Of a stretch of 64,000 nt of DNA, positions 1 to 12,790 are shown piece by piece. Source of the stretch: Xylographa opegraphella. Its lineage: Eukaryota. The notes beneath the pieces were generated by a model, which had not been told where the DNA came from, ran no database searches, and saw only the letters and a list, made by a program, of their open reading frames with translations. The position numbers and the translations under genes were made by a program. Positions within the stretch are counted from its first letter, which is position 1; every line of letters begins with the position of its first letter. The stretch is taken from assembly GCA_022813865.1 (NCBI GenBank), contig JALDZX010000016.1:124001-188000 (forward strand). The letters run 5' to 3'.

Positions 1-522
1 GTACGGGTCAAGACCCAGCTACTCGTACGTTTTTACTCGCGATAGATTGTAGAATACAGCCTATACCCTAGCCGCAGAGCATATGCACTCCGCAGCTTTA
101 CACTACTTGCTCAAAAGGCACCACAATCCACGATCACCCAGCAGCCCCAGAATTCACAATTCTCCCAAGCACTGCATTAGCGTGTACATATTCGCCAACC
201 CATTGCAAAGTGTGCCTACAATACATTTTTGTGCTTGCAAAAGTGTCGCCCCCCCGATCTACCCACCTGTCTCGGACAGTTCAGCTCGATTCACGGCGGT
301 CAACTATCAAAGCTACGTCTGGTAACCCCACCCCCATTCCACATCTCAAAAGCCCCAGGGGTCCGCACTCGCAGGCTCTGCAGATCCCCTTCCGCACTCT
401 CTAAGAAAACTACCGAATCACACGGAGGGTGAAGTGAGCCGGTGCAGATCACGACCATGCCAAAGCCTTGCGAGAAGGAGTACCCAACAGCACCATTCCC
501 TGACCGCACTGCTAAGCTCCGC

Positions 523-2714
523 TCATGAAGCTTCGGCTGCCTCCGATGTTTCTGCCGGGGGCTGATACTCGGCCGCAGGGGCCGAGTCGACGTTCGGGGC
601 ATCAGTCTTGGCCTCCTCTGCTGTCTCGGCCGGCGCTGTTGTTACTGGTTCGGCAGCTTCCTTCTCACCTTCGACCGTGGTGCCGATTTTGTTCTCCAGC
701 GCCTTCTCGTTCTCCTCTTCTGGTGCAACGGCATCGACTGCGTCAGCCTTCTCGACCGCTTCCTCCGTCTCTCTGCTTGTCCCGTTTGTGGTAGCAGCTT
801 CGGGCTTTACGTCGTCTTTTGCGTCGTCGTCTTTGTCCCCGCCAGGAGTAGGATCGTCTTGCAGGATCTTGTTCCACTTAGTAAGGAGCTCATGGGATCG
901 CTTCTTGAATTGGTATTCCTCGTCTTTGGGGATGGAGGTCAGGCGGATCATAGCCTTGAGGACCTTGTGGATTTTTGTAGCCCGGATAATACTGCCTTCG
1001 AGGTCGGGGTAGGTCTCGAGCTTGCTGAGGAAGCCAGACATGGACTGTGGAGAAGTCAGTGTAGTATAGCAGAATATTGGGGGTGGTGCTTGCCTTAATT
1101 TCTTCCTCAGCCGGTACGGTGTCCCGAGAAAGAAAACCCTTCTGGAGTTTGTGTCGATAGTAACGTACTGAGATCATTAGCGACGTCTTTAGAGTGGGCT
1201 TCAGTGTATCTCACTCTCTTTCTCCTTCTTTTCCTTGGCTTCCGCTGGTGTAAGAGGCTTCTCCTCAACCATAGGTGTATCCATCATTTCATCATCGCTT
1301 GCCGATGCCTTTGTGGCTGACTTTTTCGCCGATGATTTTGACTTTGCTACCTTCTTCTTACTCGAGGAATCAATAGCTGGAGTCTTCGGTGTCGAGAGTT
1401 TAAGTTTGGTACCGGTTTTGGGGGTTTTCGCAGGCTGCTGCCGGGTTAGCACTCGTCATCGGACATCAGAAGCATATTCGATCGACCTTTTCGTCTCCAT
1501 CACTATCCAGGCTCTTCTTCCGCTTCTTAGACTTGGGCTTGGAATCGGCCTCATCCTCATCCACGTCCATTTCGTCAGCGTCTTCATTGACAGCAGGCGC
1601 AGAGACTTCGCCACTCTTCCTCTTCGCTTTGCTGGCCTTCCTTGCTTCACGATCCGCTTTATTTTCAGCATCCTCTTGCAGAGCGGCCATGTGGTCAGCT
1701 AGCATCGCTTTGAAGTATGCCAGATCATGTCCCTCGCCGGCAATTTCGTATGCCTCAAGTAAACTCTTGCTCTTCCCCTTGTCCGCGATATCTTTACATT
1801 CTTCAGGAGTCAAGGGATTCAGATCGGAGTTGACGATCCAGGCACTGTCCGAATTGATCAGTGTGTGCCTAATTTCAAAACAAACCTAAAACAAGAAAAC
1901 TCAAGGAATCGCTATAGGGATTGACGAGATGGTGAGACTCACAACTCATTGGTTTGCCTAATTTGGTCAGTGGATATCAAAGAACATCAATGGCAAGGGT
2001 GGCTTACAGAAACATGATAGGAAATGTCCTCTCGGAGGCTCGTTTGCCACCGTCTGCATATTCTGGTTTTTTGAATGTCCCGTCTGGCTGCGCCGTAGTG
2101 ATTGGCCTGCTACTGAGAAGTATTTGCGGAAGCATAGCCTCGTCGCAAATAATAGATGGCCACGGTGGATGACCTTTCATACGTGCCAGGAACAGGTCTC
2201 CGGGCTTAGCTTCCAGGCGAAGTACTGGTTTCGATTTCTTCTTGTTCAGCTTCTTGCTTTTGTGTTCCGGTATCGCGGAGGACTTTTTCTTCGACGAGCC
2301 ATTGCTCGTCTTCTTTGTTGAAGCAGGAGTGCCATTGACAGCAGCCACACTGGAGCTTGACTGTGCTACTGCAACTTCACCGTTTCCTTCCGTGTCCTTC
2401 ATCTCCACGTCGTCAGTTGCTTCATCGGTTTTCGTAGTGGTTGGAAGATCGTGATGTTCGGTGTCTCCGTTCGTCTTGGAATCTAGAACATGAGTCGCGT
2501 AAGCCGTAATCTAAATCGCGTGTTACATATCAAAAATCGCTGCAAGAAACTTACCACTCGCAGTGGGTGGCTCCGTTGTGTCATTACCGTCGACTTCAGG
2601 CTTGACCTCTTCAGTGGTGGTGTCCATTTCAACATCTACTGATGCCACTCCACCGACAGAGTCATTGGTAGTTGATGCAGCTGGAGCCGTGGACGCAGCC
2701 GTGTCATCGGCCAT
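523..2714 (-). CDS. PWWP-domain chromatin-associated protein (multi-exon)
   Basis: LARMKGHPPWPSIICDE PWWP core in the 2004-2408 ORF; acidic and Lys-rich linkers; C-terminal VRYYRHKLQKGFL...IIRATKIHKVLKAMIRL block typical of fungal PWWP proteins. Exons are joined by short introns, including a 15-nt microexon (1943-1957) and a GC-AG intron (1045-1093). Confidence 0.9.
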
Positions 2715-3431
2715 GTTGTGGAAAGTCTTCGGCTTGAAGAGACTTCACGTAAATCTGGATTGAAGAGTGAGCACTCGCGCGTGGCAACACGAGAAGAAGC
2801 GCGGAAGATAACTCTTACTAATTAGGAGGCTGCTTGAAAGGGATGTGGAGATGATGAGAGCTGCGACAAGTACGAAATGCTGGAGCAGAAAAAGTAGATG
2901 ACGTGCGACGTGTGGGTGAACAGTAGAGAAAGTCTGATAAAAAGGATGCGCAAAAACCCATGAACACAATCCGCAGCAGTCACTTACGTAATACTACTAT
3001 CGAACGACGCGGTATGAATAGGTAGTTACTATTGTCTAAGGCTAGGTAGGATTGGCTGAGGACCGGCTATGTACAATAAGAATTGAGCGGCGAACGAGCC
3101 CGGAAGTGAGTCGTGTGCGTAGTGTTGTAAAGGGCGATGAAGAGAGATGGTCGTGGTGATGGATCTCCGATTTCTCGTCCTCTCCTTGAGCCGTGATGGG
3201 GCTAAGACTCAACGAATGAGCTCGCTTCCAACCCCGACCGCTCCTTAGCGTCTCTCCCTCCTTTCCTATTTCCCGGCCCGTCAGAACTCTGAACTTCACC
3301 CATATGACAGGATCTCTCCCCTCGTCGTTGATTCCCTTTCACCACTGTTCCCTCCTCAGCCGAGCCCACGGTTGGCTGTCCGCGATCCGCAGCATCCACA
3401 AAATATACCAGTCACCAGGCCATTGGATCAT

Positions 3432-3477
3432 TATCCAAGGTGTGATCAATATCGTATCCAAGATGTGATCAATATCG
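3432..3477. repeat. 23-bp tandem duplication
   Basis: TATCCAAGGTGTGATCAATATCG followed directly by TATCCAAGATGTGATCAATATCG (1 mismatch). Confidence 0.85.
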
Positions 3478-4619
3478 CTGCCTGGATCACGAAAATCGTG
3501 CGCTATTTGCTTGCAGTCGCAGTTAGACGGACAGAAGACAACCCGCGAACTGCTGAGAAGGAAGTGGCGAATCCGAATTTGCTCCTATTCGATGAATTCG
3601 AACACAGGCAGTGATCTTTCGTGGATATCCATACATTCCAGTGCAGATTGAACAAGTTCGCTGAGGCTGAGCAGCAGTGACGGAGATGGCAAAGGAGAGT
3701 TCGAAGATGTAGGACTGGCTGGGTGATCCATCTGTAGGAATCTGAATCGTCCTTAGCAGACCAGTAAGCATGGTGTGTTCTTCACAGTGATCAAAGAACA
3801 TGGCATTCAGTGTACTTTGTATCTGATGTGGAGGATTTTGCAGGACTTAGGGGAGTCCACCGTGCTCTGGGAGCTCTTTGATAGTATATGCCATACCATT
3901 TAACGATTTCTCTCGTCCTGGAGTGCACAGACGTTAGCATTGCATACATCACCAGTGCATAAGAGTCTACTTCTCATGTGCATGCGGACAAGTCCCTGGA
4001 TCGACGTAACTTCTGATCCTCCTGCATTAGCCAGTAATAGCTGACCAGGCCTGTATCCATCGTTTTTTGGAGGCCACACATCTCTGCCAGTAGTATGAAC
4101 TGGTCGTTGAACGTTTCGATTGCCCCTCATAACGTCTGTCAACGCTTTGATCTAAGAAAGCAGACTTACTGCTGGTTGTGGTCTCGGTCTCTCGGAAACA
4201 GCGGTGTTTCCACGCGAAAGTAGCACACAACTTACAAACCAGAAAGTTACTACTCGGTAATTCGTGCCCGTCTACAGATTGCGGAAATACGTAAAGAGTT
4301 CGAATATTTGCAACCACGATGATGTCCGTTTGGGACAACTGCATGCCGTCAATTGTACGGTTTCGGGACAGTTGCTAGGACAGTATACTACATATGTATC
4401 TCCCGCTCTTTCAGAGGCAGCGTTACGCTTCGGGGAGAACGTCGTAGCCAGTATGCATGTTTCTCGAAAAAAACAACAGCAAGCAAGAAGTTCCAAATCG
4501 ACTCAGGTCAACAACTGCAGTAGCTCTAACTGTAGCTTCGAATGGAATGGAGACAGTAATCTCAGAAGATGTTGACTAAGGGGACACCAAATAGAAAAGA
4601 AGAAGATAGCTCGCAGATG

Positions 4620-5470
4620 CTATGAAATATATGGTTGTTGTAAAGGAATTTCTACTGGAGACCATGCTGAAGAGTGTACATCATTAGATATTGAGATTGA
4701 AACCTCGATGCCGAACAACACGGTGATTGACATCAAATTTGTAGAGGCGGTGACATTGAAGCTGTAAAGATATGAATGGGTATGATCCTGAGCCATCTCG
4801 TGAGCGGCAGTGTGGTAAGCAAACCAATATGCGTAGGAATTATTTCTCCGGATATAGCTGTAATAGATAGCATTGCAACAGGGACAACGATTGAAGTCGG
4901 GTCTACGGCAGATAGAATCGAGCTTGTGGCTTTGGAGCTTGCAAGTAGAAACGATGCTGTTATGCTGTTGCCGGCCCCTCCACAATGGTAAAGGGGCTCT
5001 AGTACCAAGATAGGGTGTTGTGGGTGGAGCTGCAGTTGCAGATCCCTTGTTGGTATCAAGCATGTAGCACCACTGCCTGTTTCACATGAGATCAACGAGC
5101 TGTAATCGAGCTTGACAGGATCCGTGGTCAGTCAGCTATTTTTGTATAAGAATATAGAGAACGTGATCAGAAGACGAGAGAGACCCACCAAGACAAATTT
5201 CTGCGCATGCCATGGGACTCCACGAAGAATTCGTGTATGTTCTGCTTATCGCGTTTTCCACCGGAGTGTCCCACTGTGCTAGATTCTTACCACAAAGGCT
5301 GTCGGACAACATGGTCGTCCAAATGAACACACAGTGAGATGCGTATGAAAATTTGTCGTAAACAAGGTGCTTTGTCGCAAAAGTCATCTCCAGGATAACA
5401 GCATCGTCTTTGCACAAGGGACGAGCTGGGGAAGTGCGAGCCAGAGGACCACGATTGTACAGGATAGGTC
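4620..5470 (-). pseudogene. Decayed gene for a Cys-rich, Ser/Thr-rich single-pass membrane protein (Mid2-like annotated fungal family)
   Basis: Minus-strand fragments in shifting frames: hydrophobic leader IVVLWLALPQLV, then RCCYPGD..APC, SHC/CSFG..C, LSDSLC, RTYTNSSWSPMACAEICL, an intron-like gap, LISCETG/QWCY, CNCS, a Ser/Thr-rich stretch and ITVLFGIEVSISI. The order matches the family pattern CYYP..PC..CC..CLSNGLC..RGxCTDxxW..C..C. Confidence 0.5.
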
Positions 5471-6203
5471 CTACTAGTCTCGATTGGGAACTATATGTTT
5501 TTAGTTATACCCATACTCTGTGCTCCGACCTTCTACATCTGTGTCGCACCATACAAAAATTGTACATAATGGCTGACGAGGTATATCCAAAGTCGTGCAC
5601 CGTGGCTAAAAGCAGGATCGGTGCCATGGCAAACGACTGTGGAAGAGTCAAGATCATGAAAGATCTGCGAGCTGGAGCATGGAATATGTAGTGAACCCTA
5701 ATCGAAATGGATACTTCATCACTATTATAAATTAATCGTGGACTACAAGTAGCTGATATCTCGCTAAGAGTCTTCACATCTTTCGAGGATCCACGACGAC
5801 ACATGGATATTATAATTCGAACACGTCCACTATTTTGTGTAAGGGTTTGAATACTCCTCCGGATGCCTCGTGGATTCTGACATAGTAAACCAGGGTGTAA
5901 AAGGCGAAAGATGTACAGGAGAGACAAGGTACGTCATTTACGAGGCATATTCAATATATGACACGAGCACATAAGAACCGGTCCATAGCTGAATCAGAGA
6001 GAGAGAGACAAGTCGTGCTATTGACACGTATCTGCTTCTCTTTCCAATTGCGTGTAATAGACCGTTGTTTGTTTTGGCCTTGCAGTTAACATCACGGCTC
6101 TTTCACAAATTTAAATATCATTCGAAAATTCTGCTTCTACAACAGCGTAGGCTTCTATCGCTGGGATCCAGTCGGTCTCTTTCTTCGCTGTTCTACCACC
6201 ACC

Positions 6204-9200
6204 TTACATAAATCCACTCAGTTCTCCCCTCATTGCCCCTTCCCATCTCTCTCCACACTCCGTCACCCTCAACAACACGCCCGCTGCCAGTCCCCTCGCC
6301 CTCTGTCCTTCCTCACTCCCGCCCCCAATCCGCTCAAAGACTCCCTCTACCCACATCTTCGTCTCCGAGAGCTCTCTCGCACAGTCTTCGGCGAGCGCTT
6401 GCTGCCTCTGAGCGTTCAGCTCCAACAGCGTCAAAAACCCAAACAATAGCGCCTCTAACACTGGAGGCGCGGCCAGCGCAGACGTACGCAGCGAAAGCAA
6501 AAGCGCGAAAAATTCGACCGTTAGAGCTGGTAGAGCCGGGGCAGAGGCTCCAGCAGCGTGAAGAATCAGCGCGAGCGTTTTGAGAAAGTGTGACAGCAGC
6601 GCAGGATGCGTGAAGGGGTTGTGCGGCCCCCGCACGCGCGGCTGTACGCTCCACAGACGCACGAGCGGGAAGAAGAATCCGTCAGCAACGATGGTAGCGA
6701 GGGCGTTCGCGAGCGGCTTCTTGCGCTTCGCGTCGATGGCCATCCGGGAGGAGAAGGTGCGGACGCGAAGGGCGGCGGGCCCGGCGAGCGTGTCGGCCGC
6801 GGATGCGGCCATGGGAGCGATAAGAGTGCGCTCAAGCTGCGAGGCAAGAACCGTCACAGGGGCGACTGAGTCATGGGCGTAGATGCTGTGGTACTTTTCG
6901 GGGAGTTTCTGCGTTGGAAAGAGTGGTTCTAAAGTGGCGTCTGTAAGGGCCATATCTTCGGCGGAGTAGCCAGCGATTTCGCGGGCTCCCAAGCTGAGAG
7001 TGGTTAGGATGGATAGGCGCTGCGACATGGAGTATTCGCCATGAAAGCAGGTAGCAGAAAACCATTGGCCCATTTTTAGAGGGGCAGCGACGAGTACAGC
7101 GATCATACCTTGCAGGCGGAGGGACTGGAAGTTTTCCATGGTGAATTTGTCGGATAAGCCAACAAGGGCCGTGGCGAGTGCTTCAAGGTGTGAGGAGAGT
7201 TCGGTACCAAAATGAGCTTTGCGCCGGATGAGAGTGGAACAGGCGAGAATTGCAAGCCGGTGGCGGTCGTAGTTGTCGGTATCGTTGAGACCAGCGAGAA
7301 GGTCACGAATATAGCTATGAGGGAGTGAATACTAGGATTGCCGTTGATAAGGAGGGGAGACTTACACGGGGGCCGTTGACCTGTTGCGCTGCACGAGGGT
7401 AGGATCTTCATCTTCCTCTGTATCCTCTTCGTCGAAGTCTGCTCGGTTGTATACTGGGAGAGAGTCCTCTTCGCTGGTGCCGTCATCGCTGATTTCCTGA
7501 ATAGTGCTAACTTTCGAAATCGCGGCTGATGGAGCTTTCGGTTTTGCGTTCATGACTCTTTGAGATTTCTTGATCTTCCTTTCAGGTAATGGGGTGCCTA
7601 TCTGTGGTACAGTTGCCTCCAGCTCTTCCAAGGCGCCAACGGAATCGTAAGTTTTGATAAGTTGTTGATATTGGATAATTTCGTCCTTGAAAGTACCGTC
7701 CATACTAAAACACATCCTCTTGTCGGGTGAATCGACCAGAGTAGAAACCACACTGCTAACCGCCATTCCAAAGAATTGAGATCTTGGGGATGAAGCAGCG
7801 AGACGGTTTGATATGGCATTGATGTATACGCTTGTCCTTACGAGACTGCGCACATATTCAGGATCTGACATAAAAACATGCCCAATAACAAGTAGCAAGG
7901 CCTGTGTATTTCCTTGCAAACAATAAGCACAACTGTCGAAGTTACACATTCCGGAACAGAATTATACCTTCTTGCTGTGACACAGGGGTATGCTTTATGT
8001 ATAACTTATCTCCAAAATCATTGAGCAATTTTTGCAATGCTGTTTTGACGAGCTCTATGTTCCGTTTAGCAATGACTAAAATTGCTGAGATGGTTCCACT
8101 TACCGGCGTGTGGAGAGAGGGCGGCAAGCACTGCTCGTCGACTACGAATACTTATTTTCAAACCGTTCATACTCTTTGCTCCTAACCAATCTACAAGCGC
8201 CTCATGGAGATATGTCTTGTCCGTTACCAGAGCGTCTATCAATGCTGCCAGCCCACCTACGAACCCGTATTTTGAAGTGATACAGGAGTCTCTTTCAGTA
8301 ATCAAACGAATTACCGTGTATAAGACGTTCTTTTGTTCATGAGATGCGAGGTCATAGAGCAAGACTCGAAGCATCTCCAGGTCTTGGCGTTGACCAGCAA
8401 TCGCGCTCGAAAAGACACTTTGAACGACTTGGTCTGGAGAACTCGATTAACTTCAGATTGACACTTTGAAAACCAAGATTAATCTAATTACCTGTATAAC
8501 CAAGCGTAAGAGCTTTGCTGAGAAGTCGAGCAGTATCTTTGTGCTGGCGTGCGAAGTCATCTTTCCCATGAATGACCATAAATAGTATGTTTCTTCCAAG
8601 CCATGCCGAGTACAGTTGACCGCTCGCCAACCAGCTGCTCTGCTTGTCTATAGATTCTGTACTTCTATGACGATCTTGTGCCTGAGCAACAGCCGACAGT
8701 AATCGACCACCGGCCAGTAAGGAGACGAGCTCTTTCCAGAGAATTGCTTTTTGTGTAGATATCACGGGATCTATACGGTCCGTGGTCCAGATAGCATCAA
8801 CAACGCTGTCTTTATCAAGCAAAGTCTCTAAAAAGTTGACAAGGTCATTGGTTAGCTGGGCTTTAGGTGTTTGTTCAAGTCTTGTCTTGATTGTAGCTTG
8901 CGCCTCTCCGGGCTCGGGGTTAAAAGACCGCAGACGTGTCACTAATGCACCAATGCCTGCAACACTGGTGAGGCATTGTAGTAACAGTCTGCGTTGACGG
9001 TTATAGCTACGGCTCTCACTCCCTGTCCAAACGTGCCAGTAATGAGGAATGATATCGTTGACCAGCACATTGATGATTTTGGCAGCTTCGGCTCCAGGTA
9101 ATCGGATATCAAACTCATTTAAGCCTGTAATATTCGATGTGAGCCACTTCAGGCATTTCGTTAGAGGTTTCAAATCGGGTTGTGACTGTAACACCTTCAA

Positions 9201-9338
9201 GACATGATCTGGGCGGCTAATCGTTAAGTCTCCGTCATCGCGAGACTGGTTGGAGTCAACAACGGGTGTCAAGTGTTCATGTAAAGCTGAAACTAATTTG
9301 GAGTGGGTCGGAGTGAACTCAGTGAGTAGGTCTTCCAT
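6204..9338 (-). CDS. TEL2: Telomere length regulation protein Tel2 (TTT complex)
   Basis: Five exons. Motifs EDEDPTLVQRNRSTAPV|YIRDLL, LATAPVLIRRKA-like, MENFQSLRLQGMIAVLVA, GEYSMSQRLSILTTLSLGAREIAG, ARGLAAGVLL; canonical GT-AG introns. Confidence 0.92.
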
Positions 9339-9538
9339 GTCTAATCATCAATCGTCATAACTCTTTCTTCCAAATGCGGACTTCGCAAATGGAATCCATT
9401 CACGATAAAAGGACTTTCTAAAGACAGACGACAAAGTTAAGATTGTACCAATGCAAGTTTAATCGCGGTTAAGGTTACCTTACAGTCGCAACCTGAAATT
9501 GAATGATGCGAATGTCGCAGTAAGAAACTCAAGTAACC
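9339..9538. promoter_or_regulatory. Compact divergent (bidirectional) promoter, TEL2 / UBA3
   Basis: Head-to-head start codons at 9338 (-) and 9539 (+), about 200 bp apart. Confidence 0.6.
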
Positions 9539-11101
9539 ATGTCTATAGCGGCAGTATCGAGCATGACAAATGGGTTGAAACCCTTGCGGGAGCGTTGGTG
9601 CGTTATCTTTGCTTTATATCAGTCTTGTGCATATTTGATTTCGTATGAAGGCAGTATCTAGACACGTTCCTGACCCGATCTGGTCCATTTACTGATCCAG
9701 AATGGATCGCTGGGGAGGGGACGATCCAATCTTTAGAGACGTCAAAAGTTTTGTGAGTCAAACAAAGTTCTACCTCTTTGAGGAGTACACTACTGATGCC
9801 TTGCAGAGTGATGTGGGTATTCATGCCCGTGATGAAGAATGCAAGCTTAGCCACTGATTCGATATAGTGGCGCCGGAGGACTTGGCTGTGAAATATTGAA
9901 GAATCTTGCGCTGTCCGGCTTCAAGGACATTCATGTCATTGACATGGGTAGGTTTCGATCGTCCATGGTTATATAACATATTCTTATTCAATGTCAGACA
10001 CAATCGATGTCTCGAATTTGAACCGTCAATTCCTCTTTCGAGAGGCCGATGTCGGCAAGTCGAAAGCCGAAGTGGCTGCTGCGTTTGTTGAGAAGCGCGT
10101 GAAAGGCGTCAAAATTACTCCTTTCAATGGCAAGATTCAAGACAAAGACGAGGAGTACTACATGCAATTCAAGTTTGTGATTTGTGGTCTTGATAGCATA
10201 GAAGCACGGAGATGGATCAATGCTACGTTGATAGACATGGTCGACCCGGAAAACCTGGAGAGCCTAAAGCCATTGATAGATGGCGGTACTGAAGGTTTGG
10301 CGCTATCTGTATTTGACTACCTCATGTTTGACACGGTATCACACAGGCTTCAAGGGCCAGTCGAGGGTCATACTTCCCACTCTAACATCATGTATCGAAT
10401 GCCAGCTCGACATGCACGCTCCTCGAGCAGCTGTACCACTGTGTACCTTAGCCACGATTCCTAGACAACCCCAGCACTGCATTGAATGGGCCCATATCAT
10501 TGCCTGGGAAGAGCACCGTAAGGAGATCACGCTCGATACAGATGATCCTGAGCACATCACCTGGCTCTACCAGAAGGCTTTAGCCCGTGCTCAAGAATAC
10601 AATATTCTTGGAGTCACTTATTCACTCACACAAGGCGTGGTCAAGAACATCATTCCTGCAATTGCGTCCACAAATGCTATCGTTGCTGCTAGCTGTTGCA
10701 ATGAGGCTTTCAAGATTGCTACAAGTTGCAATCCATATCTCGACAACTACATGATGTACAGCGGAGACGAAGGCATTTATACCTACACATTTACGCACGA
10801 CAAGAAAGGAGATTGCCCTGTTTGTGGCAACCTTGCCAGAAGTATGGAGGTCGACCCTAGTAAAACTTTACACGAGTTCATCGAGAGCTTGGCCGAGAGG
10901 GCTGAAGCACAGCTTAAGAGACCTACGATACGAACGCAGAAGGCCTCACTATATTACCAGTCTCCACCTTCTCTTGAAGAGCAGACGAGACCGAACCTGA
11001 GCAAGAAACTTTCAGATTTGGTGGAGGATGGAGAGGAGATCGCTGTTTCCGATCCTGCCTTTCAAATCACCTTCCGGTTCAAGCTTGACTTCAAAAAGTA
11101 A
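9539..11101 (+). CDS. UBA3: NEDD8-activating enzyme E1 catalytic subunit
   Basis: [22 protein letters not shown] nucleotide-binding motif (needs the 6-nt microexon 9807-9812), [24 protein letters not shown], catalytic [31 protein letters not shown]. Confidence 0.95.
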
Positions 11102-11351
11102 ATTGAAGATCGGGAATACTTCGATGTCCTCAAACGGTGCGATGCTCGAGGTACAACGATTCAGCATACGCTGAATATTCCTCACCTTATTAGATCAATA
11201 GATAGATACACGATAAGGTATGAGCATCATGAAAGTTTGTTATCAGAGGGTACAGGAATCTTGAGGTCGTGCAATTGAGTCGATATACAATAAGGGTATC
11301 TAGCTGCCCCAACGCCATACAATGCTGCTTTTTGTTTATCAAGGGAGCTCG

Positions 11352-12573
11352 TTATCGCATTATGTTTCCTAGATCCCTCCTTAAATCCGTACACTTAGCT
11401 TTCAGCACTTTTACGCTTTCTAGGAAGAGCATATCACTCTCATATTGACCCGTGCTTTCTATACCGAAGATAAAGTGGTCGCGGACTCTACCAAGCTTCA
11501 CCTTGCCGGCAAACTCATCATGCCGCAAGCATTCCCTAGAGACAGTGTCCCTAAAGGCGTTAACAACCACAGCCTTTTTCTCTCCGACGTGACCCTCGTA
11601 GCCGCTGCCTTCAATACGTGCTTCGGCTTCGGTCACTTCCTCAATACCGATTACGCCTTTGGGAAAACACCTGGCAAATTTCTTTGCATCTGCCCCCAGG
11701 ATTGGCTTGATTATATCAATGGTCGGGAGGAGTCGATAACTTGCAGTACAAACGGGAGAGAACTTTGCGTGGTCAGCTCCAAGACCCTTGACGCAATGCA
11801 TCTCCAGGTCGATGACCTGTCCGGGTCGCATTTTTGCAAGAAGGATATCCGGATTGACCGGCCTTATCACACCATCAGGCTCCGGAAACATCGTTGTCTG
11901 CCGCCCCACGGGCTCCCATGTCATATGATGAGCATAAACATGTGCATTGTGGTAAAGCTTCAGAGGATCGTCCTCGCCCTTCTTAGCATTTGGATTCTTT
12001 GTGCAATCAACATGTAATTTCAGCACAACTGTGTTGTAGTCTGCTGCGCCTGGAGCAGCATCGCCTTCAGTTTGCTTGGGGTAATACCGAATCCATTTCA
12101 GACCTTCCGCAGCGCCAGTCAGTGGGACTAGACCCAGCCGGTGCGCAAGGACTTCGTCTTGGACGATCGAGGTATTGTTGTGGACGAACACATGTTCGAT
12201 GGCAAGAGTGGGGATTTCAGCAAGCAGGATGCGGCGAAATGCGTTGGCGATGGAAGCGTCAATACCAACAAGAGAAAAGGAGGAATCATATCTGTCATTT
12301 TTGTAAAATTTTATTGAGAATGACTGTATTCGATCAGCTTCCTAGTTTTCGTAGCTTCACAACTCCAAATGGCTCACTTCCGAGAAATTACTGATATTCC
12401 AAGCGTGGTCTTCTCCGGGATAGTGGCCAGGGAAATCCGTTGAGGTGACATTAGTGACTGTTTCGGGGTTGACGCCTACTATCTGAGTACGTGAGAAATG
12501 AACTAGAGATAGTCTTGCACCATAATACCTTTCTTCTATTTGATTCACCAGGCGAGACTGCTATAGGGGCCAT
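11352..12573 (-). CDS. RPC40: DNA-directed RNA polymerases I and III subunit AC40 (RPAC1)
   Basis: TDFPGHYPGEDHAW, GIDASIANAFRRILLAEIPTLAIE, NNTSIVQDEVLAHRLGLVPL, DHAKFSPVCTASYRLLP, RVRDHFIF; two 5' introns. Confidence 0.95.
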
Positions 12574-12790
12574 GTCAGAAAACAATTTTCATAACAATGT
12601 GGTTATGATGATCGGCTCGTTTCGCGGGAAAAGACCTCGAAATTTATTGACCAATCAGCAAGAAGAGGAATCGTCCTAATCGTCACCACTAATCTAATAC
12701 AAAGGCGGTCATCGTCTTTAGGCGTCCTCATTGCTACCACCCAACGATATCCCTCTTCAATCTCACACTTTCTTATAGCCATCGGTAACG
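12574..12790. promoter_or_regulatory. Compact divergent promoter, RPC40 / complex I 49-kDa gene
   Basis: Head-to-head ATGs at 12573 (-) and 12791 (+); contains a CCAAT box (GACCAATCAG, about 12649). Confidence 0.55.

Noticed and set aside
3300..4575. Possible decayed + strand gene
   Set aside because: Short ORFs without recognisable motifs or consistent splice structure; cannot be supported without a search.
4780..4815. AHEMAQ as a degenerate HExxH metalloprotease motif
   Set aside because: The second His is absent, and the region is better explained as an off-frame reading of the Ser/Thr stalk of the pseudogene.
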